A stretch of DNA of 64,000 nt from Candidatus Latescibacterota bacterium. GTDB taxonomy: Bacteria; Latescibacterota; UBA2968; UBA8231. Positions 33,094 through 41,953 of this stretch are shown piece by piece (position 1 is the first letter of the stretch; each line of letters opens with the position of its first letter). Below the pieces are notes generated by a model. That model was not told the origin of the DNA. It worked only from the letters and a program-made list of their open reading frames with translations, and did no database searches. The stretch covers positions 2,912,001-2,976,000 of the forward strand of contig OZ220089.1 in assembly GCA_964291625.2 (NCBI GenBank), in the 5' to 3' direction. The translations under genes were made by a program, and so were the position numbers.

Positions 33094-34148
33094 ACGACAA
33101 CCGCATCGAGTGCCTCTTCCTCTCGCAGGAGGACCTGCTGAAGGCCGGCTGCCTGGACATGCGGCTGGCCATAGGCGCCGCCGAAGAGGCGATGCTCGCC
33201 TTCCGGAGGGAGGAGATCCTCTTCCCCGACAAGGTGGTGCAGATCTTCGACGAGGGTACGCAGGAGCGCATCAACTGCCTGCCCGCAACCCTGCTGACGG
33301 ACAAGGTGTGCGGGGTCAAGTGGGTGTCGGTCTTCCCGCGCAACCCCGAGAAGTACGGCATGCAGAACCTCTCCGCCGTCATCATCCTGTCCGAGATCGA
33401 GCGCGGTTTCCCCATCGCCTTCATGGATGGAACCCTGTGCTCGAACGTGCGCGTCGGAGCGATGGGGGCCCTGGCCGCCAGGCACCTGGCGCGGCCCGAC
33501 TCGAGGAGCATCGCCTTCATCGGGGCGGGGGAGCAGGCCAAGATGCACCTCATCGGCATGAAGACGGTCGTCCCCGGGATCGAGGAGTGCCGGGTCTCCG
33601 CCAAGTCGGCCGACGAGGAGCAGCAGTTCATCGAGGAGATGCGGCCCCTCTTCGCGGAGATGCGGTTCACCGCCGCGGGAACCGACGCGCGGCGGGCCAT
33701 GGAGGGGGCGGACATCCTCGTTACCGCCACCAGCGCCCAGGCCCCTCTCCTCAAGGCGGCGTGGATGAAGCCGGGAAGCTTCTACAGCCACATCGGCGGC
33801 TGGGAGGACGAGTACGCCGTGGCGAAGCAGTGCGACAAGATCGTCTGCGACGACTGGGAGACGGTGAAGCACCGGACCCAGACTCTGAGCCGCATGTACA
33901 AGGACGGCGAGTTGAAGGACGAGGACGTCCACGCCAACCTGGTGGAGATCATCGCCGGCGAGAAGAGCGGCCGGGAGACGCCGGAAGAGAGGGCCTACTT
34001 CAACGCCGTCGGCCTCGCCTACGTCGACGTGGCGATCGCCCACGCCATGTACCTCCGCGCCCGGGAAGCGGGGGCGGGACGGATGTCGAGTATCCAGGAG
34101 ACCATGATCTTCCAGCACCCGGAGCTGGCGGACTGGATCCGGATGTAG
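33090..34148 (+). CDS. Ornithine cyclodeaminase/mu-crystallin family protein
   Basis: GVKWVSVFP.N, RVGAMGALAA, FIGAGEQA, DILVTATS, GLAYVDVA. Confidence 0.9.
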   Translation: MNDNRIECLFLSQEDLLKAGCLDMRLAIGAAEEAMLAFRREEILFPDKVVQIFDEGTQERINCLPATLLTDKVCGVKWVSVFPRNPEKYGMQNLSAVIILSEIERGFPIAFMDGTLCSNVRVGAMGALAARHLARPDSRSIAFIGAGEQAKMHLIGMKTVVPGIEECRVSAKSADEEQQFIEEMRPLFAEMRFTAAGTDARRAMEGADILVTATSAQAPLLKAAWMKPGSFYSHIGGWEDEYAVAKQCDKIVCDDWETVKHRTQTLSRMYKDGELKDEDVHANLVEIIAGEKSGRETPEERAYFNAVGLAYVDVAIAHAMYLRAREAGAGRMSSIQETMIFQHPELADWIRM

Positions 34149-34151
34149 CGC

Positions 34152-35216
34152 ATGTCTTCCAGGATACTCGACAGCCGCACCATGAAACCGCTGCAGCCGG
34201 CGACGTCGCTGTGGAAGGAGTACGACCCGGCGGCCGCCCCCCGCGCCTTCAAGGCGGAAACCGCCGCCGAGGCGAGGCGCTGGCAGAGGACGACGCGCCG
34301 GGCCCTGGCCGGGCATCTCCGCCTGGAGGCGGGGGACGGCACCGCCCCGGCGCCCCGCAGGATCGAGGTGGTCGACAAGGGGGACTACCTGCGGGAGAAG
34401 ATCGTCCTGCGCACCGGCCCCCACTCGCGGATGCCGGTCTACCTCCTGCGGCCCAAGGAGGCGGAGGGCCCCCTGCCCTCGGTGGTCGCCTTCCACGGCC
34501 ACGGGTACGGCGTCAAGGACATCGTCGGCCTGTGGGAGGACGGGGGCGAGCGGGACGTTCCCGACGGCTACCACAAGGACTTCGGCGTCGCCCTGTGCCG
34601 CGCCGGTTTCGCCGTGGCCGCCCCGGAGATCTCCGGCTTCGGCGAGCGCCAGACCGACTTCTCGTACCTGGGACAGGGGCAGGGGGCGCCTTCGACCTGC
34701 GCCCACATGGCCTTCCTCGCCTTCCACCTCGGCACCTCGGTCGTCGGCATCCGCGTCTCCGACGGCTTGCGTCTCGTGGACTACCTGGAGACCCGTCCCG
34801 AGTTCGACACCGGCCGCCTCGGGGCGATGGGTATCTCCGGGGGCGGCATGCACACCTTCTTCTCCACCTGCATCGACGCGCGCATCCGCGCCTGCGTGGT
34901 GAGCGGCTACTTCTCGAGCTTCCGGGACAGCATCCTCGCCATGCATCACTGTCCCTGCAACTACGTGCCGGGCCTCGCCGAGTTCGGCGAGATGCACGAC
35001 CTGGCGGGACTCATCGCCCCCAGGCCGATGCTGGTGGAAGCCGGCACCCACGACCCGATCTTCCCGATCGCCGCGGTGCGCTCCGGCCTGGCCAGGGCCC
35101 GCAAGGTCTACGGGGTCTTCGGGGCCGGCGGGCAGGTGAGGGCGGACATCTTCTCCGGCCGCCACCAGATCAGCGGCGCCCACGCCTACGGTTTTCTCAG
35201 GGAAGCCCTCGCCTGA
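34152..35216 (+). CDS. Alpha/beta hydrolase (dienelactone hydrolase / acetyl esterase-like)
   Basis: VAFHGHG, GFGER, GISGGG nucleophile, HCPCNYVPG, IAPRP, DPIFP, GRH; start may be 34182. Confidence 0.85.
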   Translation: MSSRILDSRTMKPLQPATSLWKEYDPAAAPRAFKAETAAEARRWQRTTRRALAGHLRLEAGDGTAPAPRRIEVVDKGDYLREKIVLRTGPHSRMPVYLLRPKEAEGPLPSVVAFHGHGYGVKDIVGLWEDGGERDVPDGYHKDFGVALCRAGFAVAAPEISGFGERQTDFSYLGQGQGAPSTCAHMAFLAFHLGTSVVGIRVSDGLRLVDYLETRPEFDTGRLGAMGISGGGMHTFFSTCIDARIRACVVSGYFSSFRDSILAMHHCPCNYVPGLAEFGEMHDLAGLIAPRPMLVEAGTHDPIFPIAAVRSGLARARKVYGVFGAGGQVRADIFSGRHQISGAHAYGFLREALA

Positions 35217-35217
35217 G

Positions 35218-35937
35218 ATGTTCCTCGATGCTCTGAAGGATCTCTTCGGGCCCCGGCTGCTGGATGAACACCCGGACGAGTGGGGGATCACCGAGCACTG
35301 CCCGGACCCTTCCGCGATAGGCTACGCGACGACGATCACGCCGAGGTCCATCTCGGCGGCGCTCGACCTCGGAGCGGACGTGATCGTGACCCATCACGAT
35401 GCCTGGAGCTTCATGTATGAGCAGCGGGAGCGGGTGTACGAGCTGCTGCGAGAGAGCTGCCTGACCCATGTGTGGGCACACCTGCCGCTGGATCATGCGG
35501 ATTTCGGCACCTCGGCCGCCCTGCTCTCGCAGGCGGGCTGCAAGGAGGTCTGGAAGCCGACGGAGGGAGAGGTGCGGATCGGCGAGCTGCAGGAACCGAC
35601 CGATGTCGAGGGGATCCGTTCGGTCTTCGACTCCCTGCTGCGGGAACAGCCGCGGAGTCTGCACGACTCCGGTCGAGCGATCCGCAGGATCGGCTGCGTC
35701 ACCGGCGCCGGCGTCTACACGGGCTACCTCAAGGACGCCATGCCCCATGACATCGATCTCTACCTGACGGGCGAGACCAGCCTGTACTTGTGCGAGTACG
35801 CCATTCACCACGGAGTCAGCGTCCTGGTCTACTCGCACAATCATACCGAGCTGCCGGGGGTGCGGGCCTTCGCGGAGCGGCTGGGCCAGGCCCTGCAGCT
35901 GGAGGTGAAAGGACACCTCGGCGACTCGCACTTCTGA
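35218..35937 (+). CDS. Nif3-like dinuclear metal centre protein
   Basis: VIVTHH, AHLPLD, VTGAG, YLTGE, SHNHTE; codon usage visibly less GC3-biased than neighbours. Confidence 0.85.
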   Translation: MFLDALKDLFGPRLLDEHPDEWGITEHCPDPSAIGYATTITPRSISAALDLGADVIVTHHDAWSFMYEQRERVYELLRESCLTHVWAHLPLDHADFGTSAALLSQAGCKEVWKPTEGEVRIGELQEPTDVEGIRSVFDSLLREQPRSLHDSGRAIRRIGCVTGAGVYTGYLKDAMPHDIDLYLTGETSLYLCEYAIHHGVSVLVYSHNHTELPGVRAFAERLGQALQLEVKGHLGDSHF

Positions 35938-35982
35938 CAGCAGACGGCCTGATCAGCGGCGCCGGGCCGCCCCCGCATCGCG

Positions 35983-36014
35983 CCCGCCTACGCACGGCCA
36001 GGCCGATGTCGCCC
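35983..36014. repeat. Imperfect direct repeat of the 3' end of the 36626-37798 gene
   Basis: CCCGCCTA-CGCACGGCCAGGCCGATGTCGCCC matches 36621-36659 CCCGCCTA-(CACGGAC)-CGCACGGCCTGGCCGATGTTGCCC (8/8 + 22/24). Confidence 0.8.
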
Positions 36015-36017
36015 TCC

Positions 36018-36046
36018 TTGACGGCCCCCCCGTCTCCGGTTATGCC
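36018..36046 (+). promoter_or_regulatory. Putative sigma70 promoter of the TA module
   Basis: TTGACG-17 nt-TATGCC, followed by RBS AGGGAGG and GTG 36075. Confidence 0.5.
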
Positions 36047-36074
36047 TGAAGTATGACAGAAGGGAGGAAACCTC

Positions 36075-36323
36075 GTGAAGACGGCGATCTCGGTTCCCGA
36101 TGCCCTGCATGAGAGCATCGAGACCTTCATCCAGGTCACCAGGATGACGCGCAGCGAGTTCTACCAGAGGGCGGCGAGAGCCTACATGGAAAAGGGATAT
36201 GCCCGGGCGATCGCCGCCAACCTCGACCAGGTCTACGGAGGGCAGGAGACGGCCGAGGAGATCGCCTTCCGCCGTGCGGCCCTGTCCCACTTCCGGGATC
36301 TGGCGCAAGAAGAGGAATGGTAG
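36075..36323 (+). CDS. Ribbon-helix-helix antitoxin (MazE-type partner)
   Basis: MKTAISVPD.L.......MTRSEFY..A...Y, acidic C-terminus EEEW; stop overlaps toxin start. Confidence 0.85.
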   Translation: MKTAISVPDALHESIETFIQVTRMTRSEFYQRAARAYMEKGYARAIAANLDQVYGGQETAEEIAFRRAALSHFRDLAQEEEW

Positions 36324-36568
36324 TCTCCATCTCCACCGTCGTCGTTGTCTCGATCACCGGCAACCTGCGGTTGGGGCAGGCCTTCGGAAACGTGACCCTG
36401 CGGATGGGGGAAGCCGGCCTTCCGAAGGGATCCGTGGTCAACATCTCACAGATCGCAACGGTGGACCGGTCGATGCTCGACGGCCGCATCGGGTCGTTGA
36501 CCCCCGCCCGGTTCAACGAAGTGCTGCAGGGAGTCCACGCCCTGCTCAGGCCTGTGGAGACACCGTAG
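36317..36568 (+). pseudogene. PemK/MazF toxin with N-terminal in-frame deletion
   Basis: ISTVVVVSITGNL, GNVTL, GLPKGSVVNISQIATVDR, RIGSL are the MazF C-terminal two-thirds; the RG.I...P.GSE...RP segment is missing after MVV. Confidence 0.8.
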
Positions 36569-36625
36569 GGGCTGGCTACGCACGACCGGTCCGGTCGAGT
36601 CGAGCCCGGCGCGGTGGGGCCCCGC

Positions 36626-37798
36626 CTACACGGACCGCACGGCCTGGCCGATGTTGCCCAGTTGCTCCAGCGTCAGCAGGCCGTAGTTGTAGAAGGTGAC
36701 GCCGCCGGCGCCGCCCCCGCGGGCGGCGGACAGTTGCTCGCGGATCGGCTCCGCCCGCCGCATGTCGCCGGTGGGGCTGATGAACACGGTCCCGCCGTCG
36801 GCGATCATCCCCTCCAGCTCGCGGATGCGCCCGACGGGATCCTCCCCTTCGCGCAGGGTGTAGCCGAGCCGGTCCACCTGCCGGTTGACGACCGGGTCGA
36901 GATCGTTGGTCAGGGCCCGCTCCGGGCTGGCCAGGTCGGCCTGGACCTTGGCCCCCCGGGCGCGGATCAGCTCCACCACATCGAGCCAGAGATCCGTCGT
37001 CTGCCGCCGGGAGATCTCCATGTAGCGTTGCAGGCGGCCGTCGAAGGCCTCCTCGATCCAGGCGGCGGTCCCCGGCTCGTCCGCGTCCGGGTCGGCGCCG
37101 GCCGCCAGCCGGGGCCGCATCCACTCCACCAGGTCCCGCCGCAGGGACTCGGCCTCCAGGCCGGCGGCGTCGGCGAAGGCCATGGAGGCCGGGTTGAAGC
37201 ACAGGGACAGGAGCCATCGGCAGCGCTCCGGCATCTGGGCCCGCCTCTTGCCGGGCATGGAAAACCCGCGCCGGCACAGGGACTCCACCCAGACGGCGTC
37301 GGGTTGGAAGCGCTCCAGGACCTCGGCGGTGAGGGCGGCGAAGTAGTCCCGCACGTCCCGCGGGGCCGTGCTGAGCGCTCCCACGTGAGGGGTCCCGAAG
37401 GCGTCGTGGCGGGCGAACTCCGGGTAGCGTTCGGAGAGGTGGTTCTGAAAGGTGTAGACCATCCACGCGGAGAACCCCAGGCCCCGCTTGCGGATCGCCT
37501 CGACCATGCGGTCGAACCAGGCGGGGTCGGTCACCTCCCGGCTGACACGGGGAGATATCCGCGTGCCCTCGTACCGGGACAGGTCCGGGGAGAAGTAGAC
37601 GGCGCCGTTCTCGCCGTAGTAGACGGGGCGCCGCGGGTTGTGGGGCAGGTAGTACTCCGAGCGGTGGTAGCACGGGGTGAGCAGGACCTCGCCGCAGGCG
37701 GCCAGGTCGGCGATACGGTCGAGGGCGAGGTCCACGCCGTCGTCGGCCAGGTCCCACGGATAGGTGTAGAGGGATGCGAGGAAAGAGTCCGACGTCAC
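36626..37798 (-). CDS. Hypothetical TIM-barrel protein (glycoside hydrolase-like)
   Basis: YTYPWD, PCYH, YPEFA.HDAFG, DAVWVES, FYNYGL; GH-like pattern, family uncertain. Confidence 0.65.
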   Translation of the reverse strand: MTSDSFLASLYTYPWDLADDGVDLALDRIADLAACGEVLLTPCYHRSEYYLPHNPRRPVYYGENGAVYFSPDLSRYEGTRISPRVSREVTDPAWFDRMVEAIRKRGLGFSAWMVYTFQNHLSERYPEFARHDAFGTPHVGALSTAPRDVRDYFAALTAEVLERFQPDAVWVESLCRRGFSMPGKRRAQMPERCRWLLSLCFNPASMAFADAAGLEAESLRRDLVEWMRPRLAAGADPDADEPGTAAWIEEAFDGRLQRYMEISRRQTTDLWLDVVELIRARGAKVQADLASPERALTNDLDPVVNRQVDRLGYTLREGEDPVGRIRELEGMIADGGTVFISPTGDMRRAEPIREQLSAARGGGAGGVTFYNYGLLTLEQLGNIGQAVRSV

Positions 37799-37802
37799 TC
37801 CG

Positions 37803-38918
37803 TCACCCTCCTGGCGCCGAGGCGCCGCCGAGGGGTCTGCCGGCGGCGGACTGGATCTGCTCGGCGTACCGCTCCTCGCCGAAGGTCTCCTTCTTGTTGA
37901 GATAGCGGCTCATGGCGGGGATGATCTTCTGGCTGCGGTCGGCGATGGGGAAGCGGACCGGCCCGTGGCCCTCGCGGTGGGACTGACGCAGCCCGATGGA
38001 GATCTCGAGGACCTTGCGCATGTTCTGGCCGCTGCACCGCGGCTCGATGCCCCGGTCGAGGGACTCGACGATCGACTGGATGCCGCCGCGCTGGCGGGTG
38101 CCGCTGGGGTTGATCCAGTCCTCGGGGTCGCCGAACTCGGTGAAGAAGTCCTCCTCTTCCACCAGCTTGCCGTGCGGGTCTCCCCGCCAGAGATGGCCGC
38201 TCATCCAGTTCGAGTGGTAGACGCCCTCGCTGCAGACGACCTCGATCCCCTCCATGGGCGAGCGCCGGGTGTGAATGAAGGCGTCGACGCCGTTGGCGAA
38301 GCGGATCGCCCCGCCCATGCACTGATCGTCGTCCGAGAAGGGGTCGCCGAGACACCAGCCGGTGAGCCACTCCACGTCGGCGTCGCCGGCGAAGAGGCGC
38401 AGGACGCTGAGGCCCTGGCAGCCGCCCCCGGAGATCTCGCCGGTCGACTGGTAGAGGTTGATGCTGCACACCTCCCCCAGGCCGCCGGAGTCGATGAGGC
38501 GCTTCACCTTCCAGTGCTGGGGCATGTTGCGGTAGGCGTCGCCCGAGGCGAAGGCGATGCCCCGCGACTCGCAGGCCTCGACCATGGCGTCGGCCTCCTC
38601 CAGGCTCGCCGCCATCGGCTTCTCGCAGTAGACCGCCTTGACGCCCGCCTCGGCGCAGTCGATGACGACCCCCGGGTTGGGCCTCACCGGCAGGATCGGC
38701 GCGGCGATGTCGATCTCCTCCTTGGCGAGCAGCTCCCGGTAGTCGGAGTACCCGGGCACCGGGAAGTGCTCCAGGAAGATCCCCAGGTTGTCCGCGTCCG
38801 GGTCGGCGGCGGCCACCACCTCGGTCCGCGGGTTGCCCGCGTATCCGCGGGCGTGGCCGTGCCCCTTGCGGCCGCAGCCGATGAGGGCGACGCGGTAGAT
38901 CCCGTCCTTCGTGTCCAT
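37803..38918 (-). CDS. Gfo/Idh/MocA family oxidoreductase
   Basis: LIGCGRKG, YSDYRELL, CEKP, QSHREG..VRFP..DR; close paralog of 31028-32203; RBS AAGGAG. Confidence 0.88.
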   Translation of the reverse strand: MDTKDGIYRVALIGCGRKGHGHARGYAGNPRTEVVAAADPDADNLGIFLEHFPVPGYSDYRELLAKEEIDIAAPILPVRPNPGVVIDCAEAGVKAVYCEKPMAASLEEADAMVEACESRGIAFASGDAYRNMPQHWKVKRLIDSGGLGEVCSINLYQSTGEISGGGCQGLSVLRLFAGDADVEWLTGWCLGDPFSDDDQCMGGAIRFANGVDAFIHTRRSPMEGIEVVCSEGVYHSNWMSGHLWRGDPHGKLVEEEDFFTEFGDPEDWINPSGTRQRGGIQSIVESLDRGIEPRCSGQNMRKVLEISIGLRQSHREGHGPVRFPIADRSQKIIPAMSRYLNKKETFGEERYAEQIQSAAGRPLGGASAPGG

Positions 38919-38989
38919 GGGCTTCTCCTTTCCCCTCGGTAAGCACGGGGATATCGACAAGGTACACAACCAGCCCCTTTCTTTGCGGG

Positions 38990-40981
38990 ATGGAAGACTC
39001 TGGCGCTCCCCGGCCCGCCGGGGCGCCGCGGCTGCGCTTCGTCCGGAGCATCGTCGCCGGGGCGCTGCTCTCCCTGATCATCAGCGTCGGCTTCGCCTAT
39101 TGCCGGCTGGCCCTGTCCACGGCCGGCATGAACTCGGACTACATCACCGCCGGGGCCGTGGCCGTCTTCTTCCTCGTCACGGCCTTCCTGAACCCCTTCC
39201 TCAAGCTGGTGCACCGGCCCTGGGCTTTCCGCCGGGGCGAGCTGGCCGTGGTCTACGTGATGCTCATCATCGCCTCGACCATCCCCACCTGGGGCTTCTC
39301 GGCGAACCTGATCCCCATGCTGCCGGCGGTCTACTACTTCGCCACCCGCGAGAACGAGTGGGCCGAGCTGGTCCATCCCCACATCCACAACTGGATGGTG
39401 GTCCAGGACGAAGACGCCGTCACCTACTTCTTCCAGGGCCTGCCCGAGGGAGCCTCCATCCCCTGGGGCGCATGGGTCGTGCCGCTGGCCGCCTGGCTCA
39501 CCTTCATCCTCGCCATCTACCTGATGATGATCACCCTCATGGTGCTGCTGCGCCGCCAGTGGGTGGAGCACGAGCGCCTCCTCTTCCCCCTCGTGCAGCT
39601 GCCCCTGCAGATGATCGAGGAGGGCCGGCCCGGCGACCGCTTCGGCCCCTTCCTGAAGAGCCCTCTCATGTGGGTGGGGTTCCTGGTGCCCTTCTGCCTG
39701 CTCAGCACCTACGGCCTGAACTACTACTTCCCCGTCGTCCCCAAGGTCGATCTCTACACCATCGTCGTGCCCTGGCGCGACTGGGGCGCCGTGGAGATCC
39801 TCCTGAGCTTCACCGTCCTCGGCCTCTCCTACTTCCTCAGCTTCGCCCTCTCCTCCAGCCTGTGGGTGTTCCACCTCCTCGCCGACGTGCAGATGGGCAT
39901 CCAGTACACCATCGGCTACCGGCTGTCGGGGGAGATCGAGAAGTTCATGGAGGGGACCCTGATGCTGGCCCACCAGGGCATGGGGGCGATGCTCGCCCTC
40001 ATCGGCTACGCCATCTGGACGGCCCGGGGCCATCTCAAGGCGGTGGCCGGCAAGGTCTGGCGCCCCGGCGCCGGGACGATCGACGACAGCGGCGAGATGC
40101 TCTCGTACCGGACCGCCGCCGTGCTGCTGGGGATCTGCAGCCTCTACGTCACGGTCTGGCTGACCCTGTCGGGCGTGCCCCTGTGGGTGACCGTCGTCTT
40201 CCTGCTCGTCGCTTTCGGCGTCTTCCTCTTCATGGCCCGCCTCATCGCCGAGAGCGGCCTCGGTTTCATCCGGCCCCAGATGACGGCCCAGCCGATCGTC
40301 ATCAACTTCCTCGGCACCCACAACGTCACCGCCTCGGGCCTGTTCAGCCTGGCCATGACCTTCAGCTGGGCCGGCAACCTGCGCATCCTGCTCATGGCCT
40401 CGGCGATCAACGGCATGAAGCTGGCCGAGCGCGTCGGCGCCCTGCGCCGGCCCCTGTTCTGGGCGATGACGGTGGCCATGCTGGTGAGCCTGATCTCCTC
40501 GGTCTGGCTGGTCATCCACCTCGCCTACGACCGCGGCGGCATCAACCTGGAGCTGTGGGCCTACCAGGCGATGGCCAAGAGCCCCGCCAACTTCACGGCC
40601 TACAAGATCCTGAACCCCGTGAGCCTCTTCGAGCCCTTCGACGTCATGGGCCCGCGGCTGCTCTTCACCGGTGTCGGCGGCGCCGTCATGTCCGCCCTCA
40701 TCTGGGCCCGCCACCACCTGCTGTGGTGGCCCGTGCACTACATCGGCTTCGCCGTGAGCGCCACCAACATGACTTCGGCGAGCTGGTTCAGCATCTTCCT
40801 GGGCTCGGTCTTCAAGGCCTTCATCCTCAGGTACGGCGGCATCCGCCTCTACCGCTCGTTGCGGCCCCTCTTCCTCGGTTTCATCCTGGGCCAGATCACG
40901 TGCTCCGCCTTCTGGCTCGTCGTCGACCTCATCGCCGGAGGCACCGGCAACAAGGTCCCCGTCTTCTCGCATCACTACTAA
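38990..40981 (+). CDS. DUF6785/DUF6784-like polytopic membrane protein (putative transporter), copy 1
   Basis: Many TM segments; EL..VYVM, YYFAT.ENEW, LRRQWVEHERLLFP, WWPVH.IGF, RPLFLGFILG. Confidence 0.7.
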   Translation: MEDSGAPRPAGAPRLRFVRSIVAGALLSLIISVGFAYCRLALSTAGMNSDYITAGAVAVFFLVTAFLNPFLKLVHRPWAFRRGELAVVYVMLIIASTIPTWGFSANLIPMLPAVYYFATRENEWAELVHPHIHNWMVVQDEDAVTYFFQGLPEGASIPWGAWVVPLAAWLTFILAIYLMMITLMVLLRRQWVEHERLLFPLVQLPLQMIEEGRPGDRFGPFLKSPLMWVGFLVPFCLLSTYGLNYYFPVVPKVDLYTIVVPWRDWGAVEILLSFTVLGLSYFLSFALSSSLWVFHLLADVQMGIQYTIGYRLSGEIEKFMEGTLMLAHQGMGAMLALIGYAIWTARGHLKAVAGKVWRPGAGTIDDSGEMLSYRTAAVLLGICSLYVTVWLTLSGVPLWVTVVFLLVAFGVFLFMARLIAESGLGFIRPQMTAQPIVINFLGTHNVTASGLFSLAMTFSWAGNLRILLMASAINGMKLAERVGALRRPLFWAMTVAMLVSLISSVWLVIHLAYDRGGINLELWAYQAMAKSPANFTAYKILNPVSLFEPFDVMGPRLLFTGVGGAVMSALIWARHHLLWWPVHYIGFAVSATNMTSASWFSIFLGSVFKAFILRYGGIRLYRSLRPLFLGFILGQITCSAFWLVVDLIAGGTGNKVPVFSHHY

Positions 40982-41000
40982 CCCGACAAGGAGGTCCATC

Positions 41001-41888
41001 GTGGCCAGGTACAGCTTGACAGCAGGGCTCTTCTCCCTGGACGAGAAGGGCGAAGCAAGGGATCTCGCGGCAACCCTCGAGGCGATCGCCGCCGCCGGCT
41101 TCGGCGAGGTGGAGCTGATGGCCGAAGGCGCGGAGTGGGAGAAGCCGGGGGCCCACGACCCGGGACCGTGCCGCGAAGCCCTGGAGCGAACGGGGATCTA
41201 TCCGCACACGATCCACACCCCCCTGACAAACGCGAACCTGGCGAGCTCGATCGAGGCGATCCGGCACGACAGCATCGCGCGCATCGCCGACGCCATGCGG
41301 TATCTCGGGGAGGTCGGCGGACGGACCGCCATCGTCCACCCGACGGGCCACCCCACTCCCGAGGAGGAGCCGTATGCGTTGGAGAACAGGGGGGCGGTGA
41401 TGGAGCGCAGCCACCGCTCCGTGAGCGAGCTGGTGGCGGTTGCCGAGGAGACCGGGGTCCGCATGGCCCTGGAGAACCTGGGGAGCAAGACGAGGAACCC
41501 CTTCCGTCCCCTGTCGTCGATGGCGGAACTCCGCGCCTTCATCGCCGGCTTTCCCCCCGAGCACGTGGGGCTCTGTCTGGACACGGGGCACGCCTGCATC
41601 AGCGGCCTCGATCCGGCCGAGCAGGCGCGCATCGCCTCGGAGAGGCTCTGTGCCCTGCACATACAGGACGTCGATGGCCTGGAAGACTGCCACTGGGTCC
41701 CGGGGCGCGGCGTCATCGACTGGTCCGCCGTGGGGGAGGCCCTTGCGGCGATCGGCTTCGACGGTGCGTGGACGATGGAGGCGATGACGTCGAGCACGGA
41801 GGCGACGGCGGAACAGGTCGCCGCCGAGTGCAAGGCCTTGTCCGAGCGCTGGGAGGCCGAAGGAATGTCGAATCCCGGGAAGAGCTGA
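41001..41888 (+). CDS. Sugar phosphate isomerase/epimerase (xylose isomerase-like TIM barrel)
   Basis: GFGEVEL, IHTP, VHP, ALEN, CLDTGH, LHIQD, HWVPGRGVIDW, TME. Confidence 0.88.
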   Translation: MARYSLTAGLFSLDEKGEARDLAATLEAIAAAGFGEVELMAEGAEWEKPGAHDPGPCREALERTGIYPHTIHTPLTNANLASSIEAIRHDSIARIADAMRYLGEVGGRTAIVHPTGHPTPEEEPYALENRGAVMERSHRSVSELVAVAEETGVRMALENLGSKTRNPFRPLSSMAELRAFIAGFPPEHVGLCLDTGHACISGLDPAEQARIASERLCALHIQDVDGLEDCHWVPGRGVIDWSAVGEALAAIGFDGAWTMEAMTSSTEATAEQVAAECKALSERWEAEGMSNPGKS

Positions 41889-41953
41889 CGCGTCCGCCCG
41901 GGCGGAGGTCGCCTGCGACCTGGCGCAGGCCCGCCGGACCGAGAGCTCAGGCA

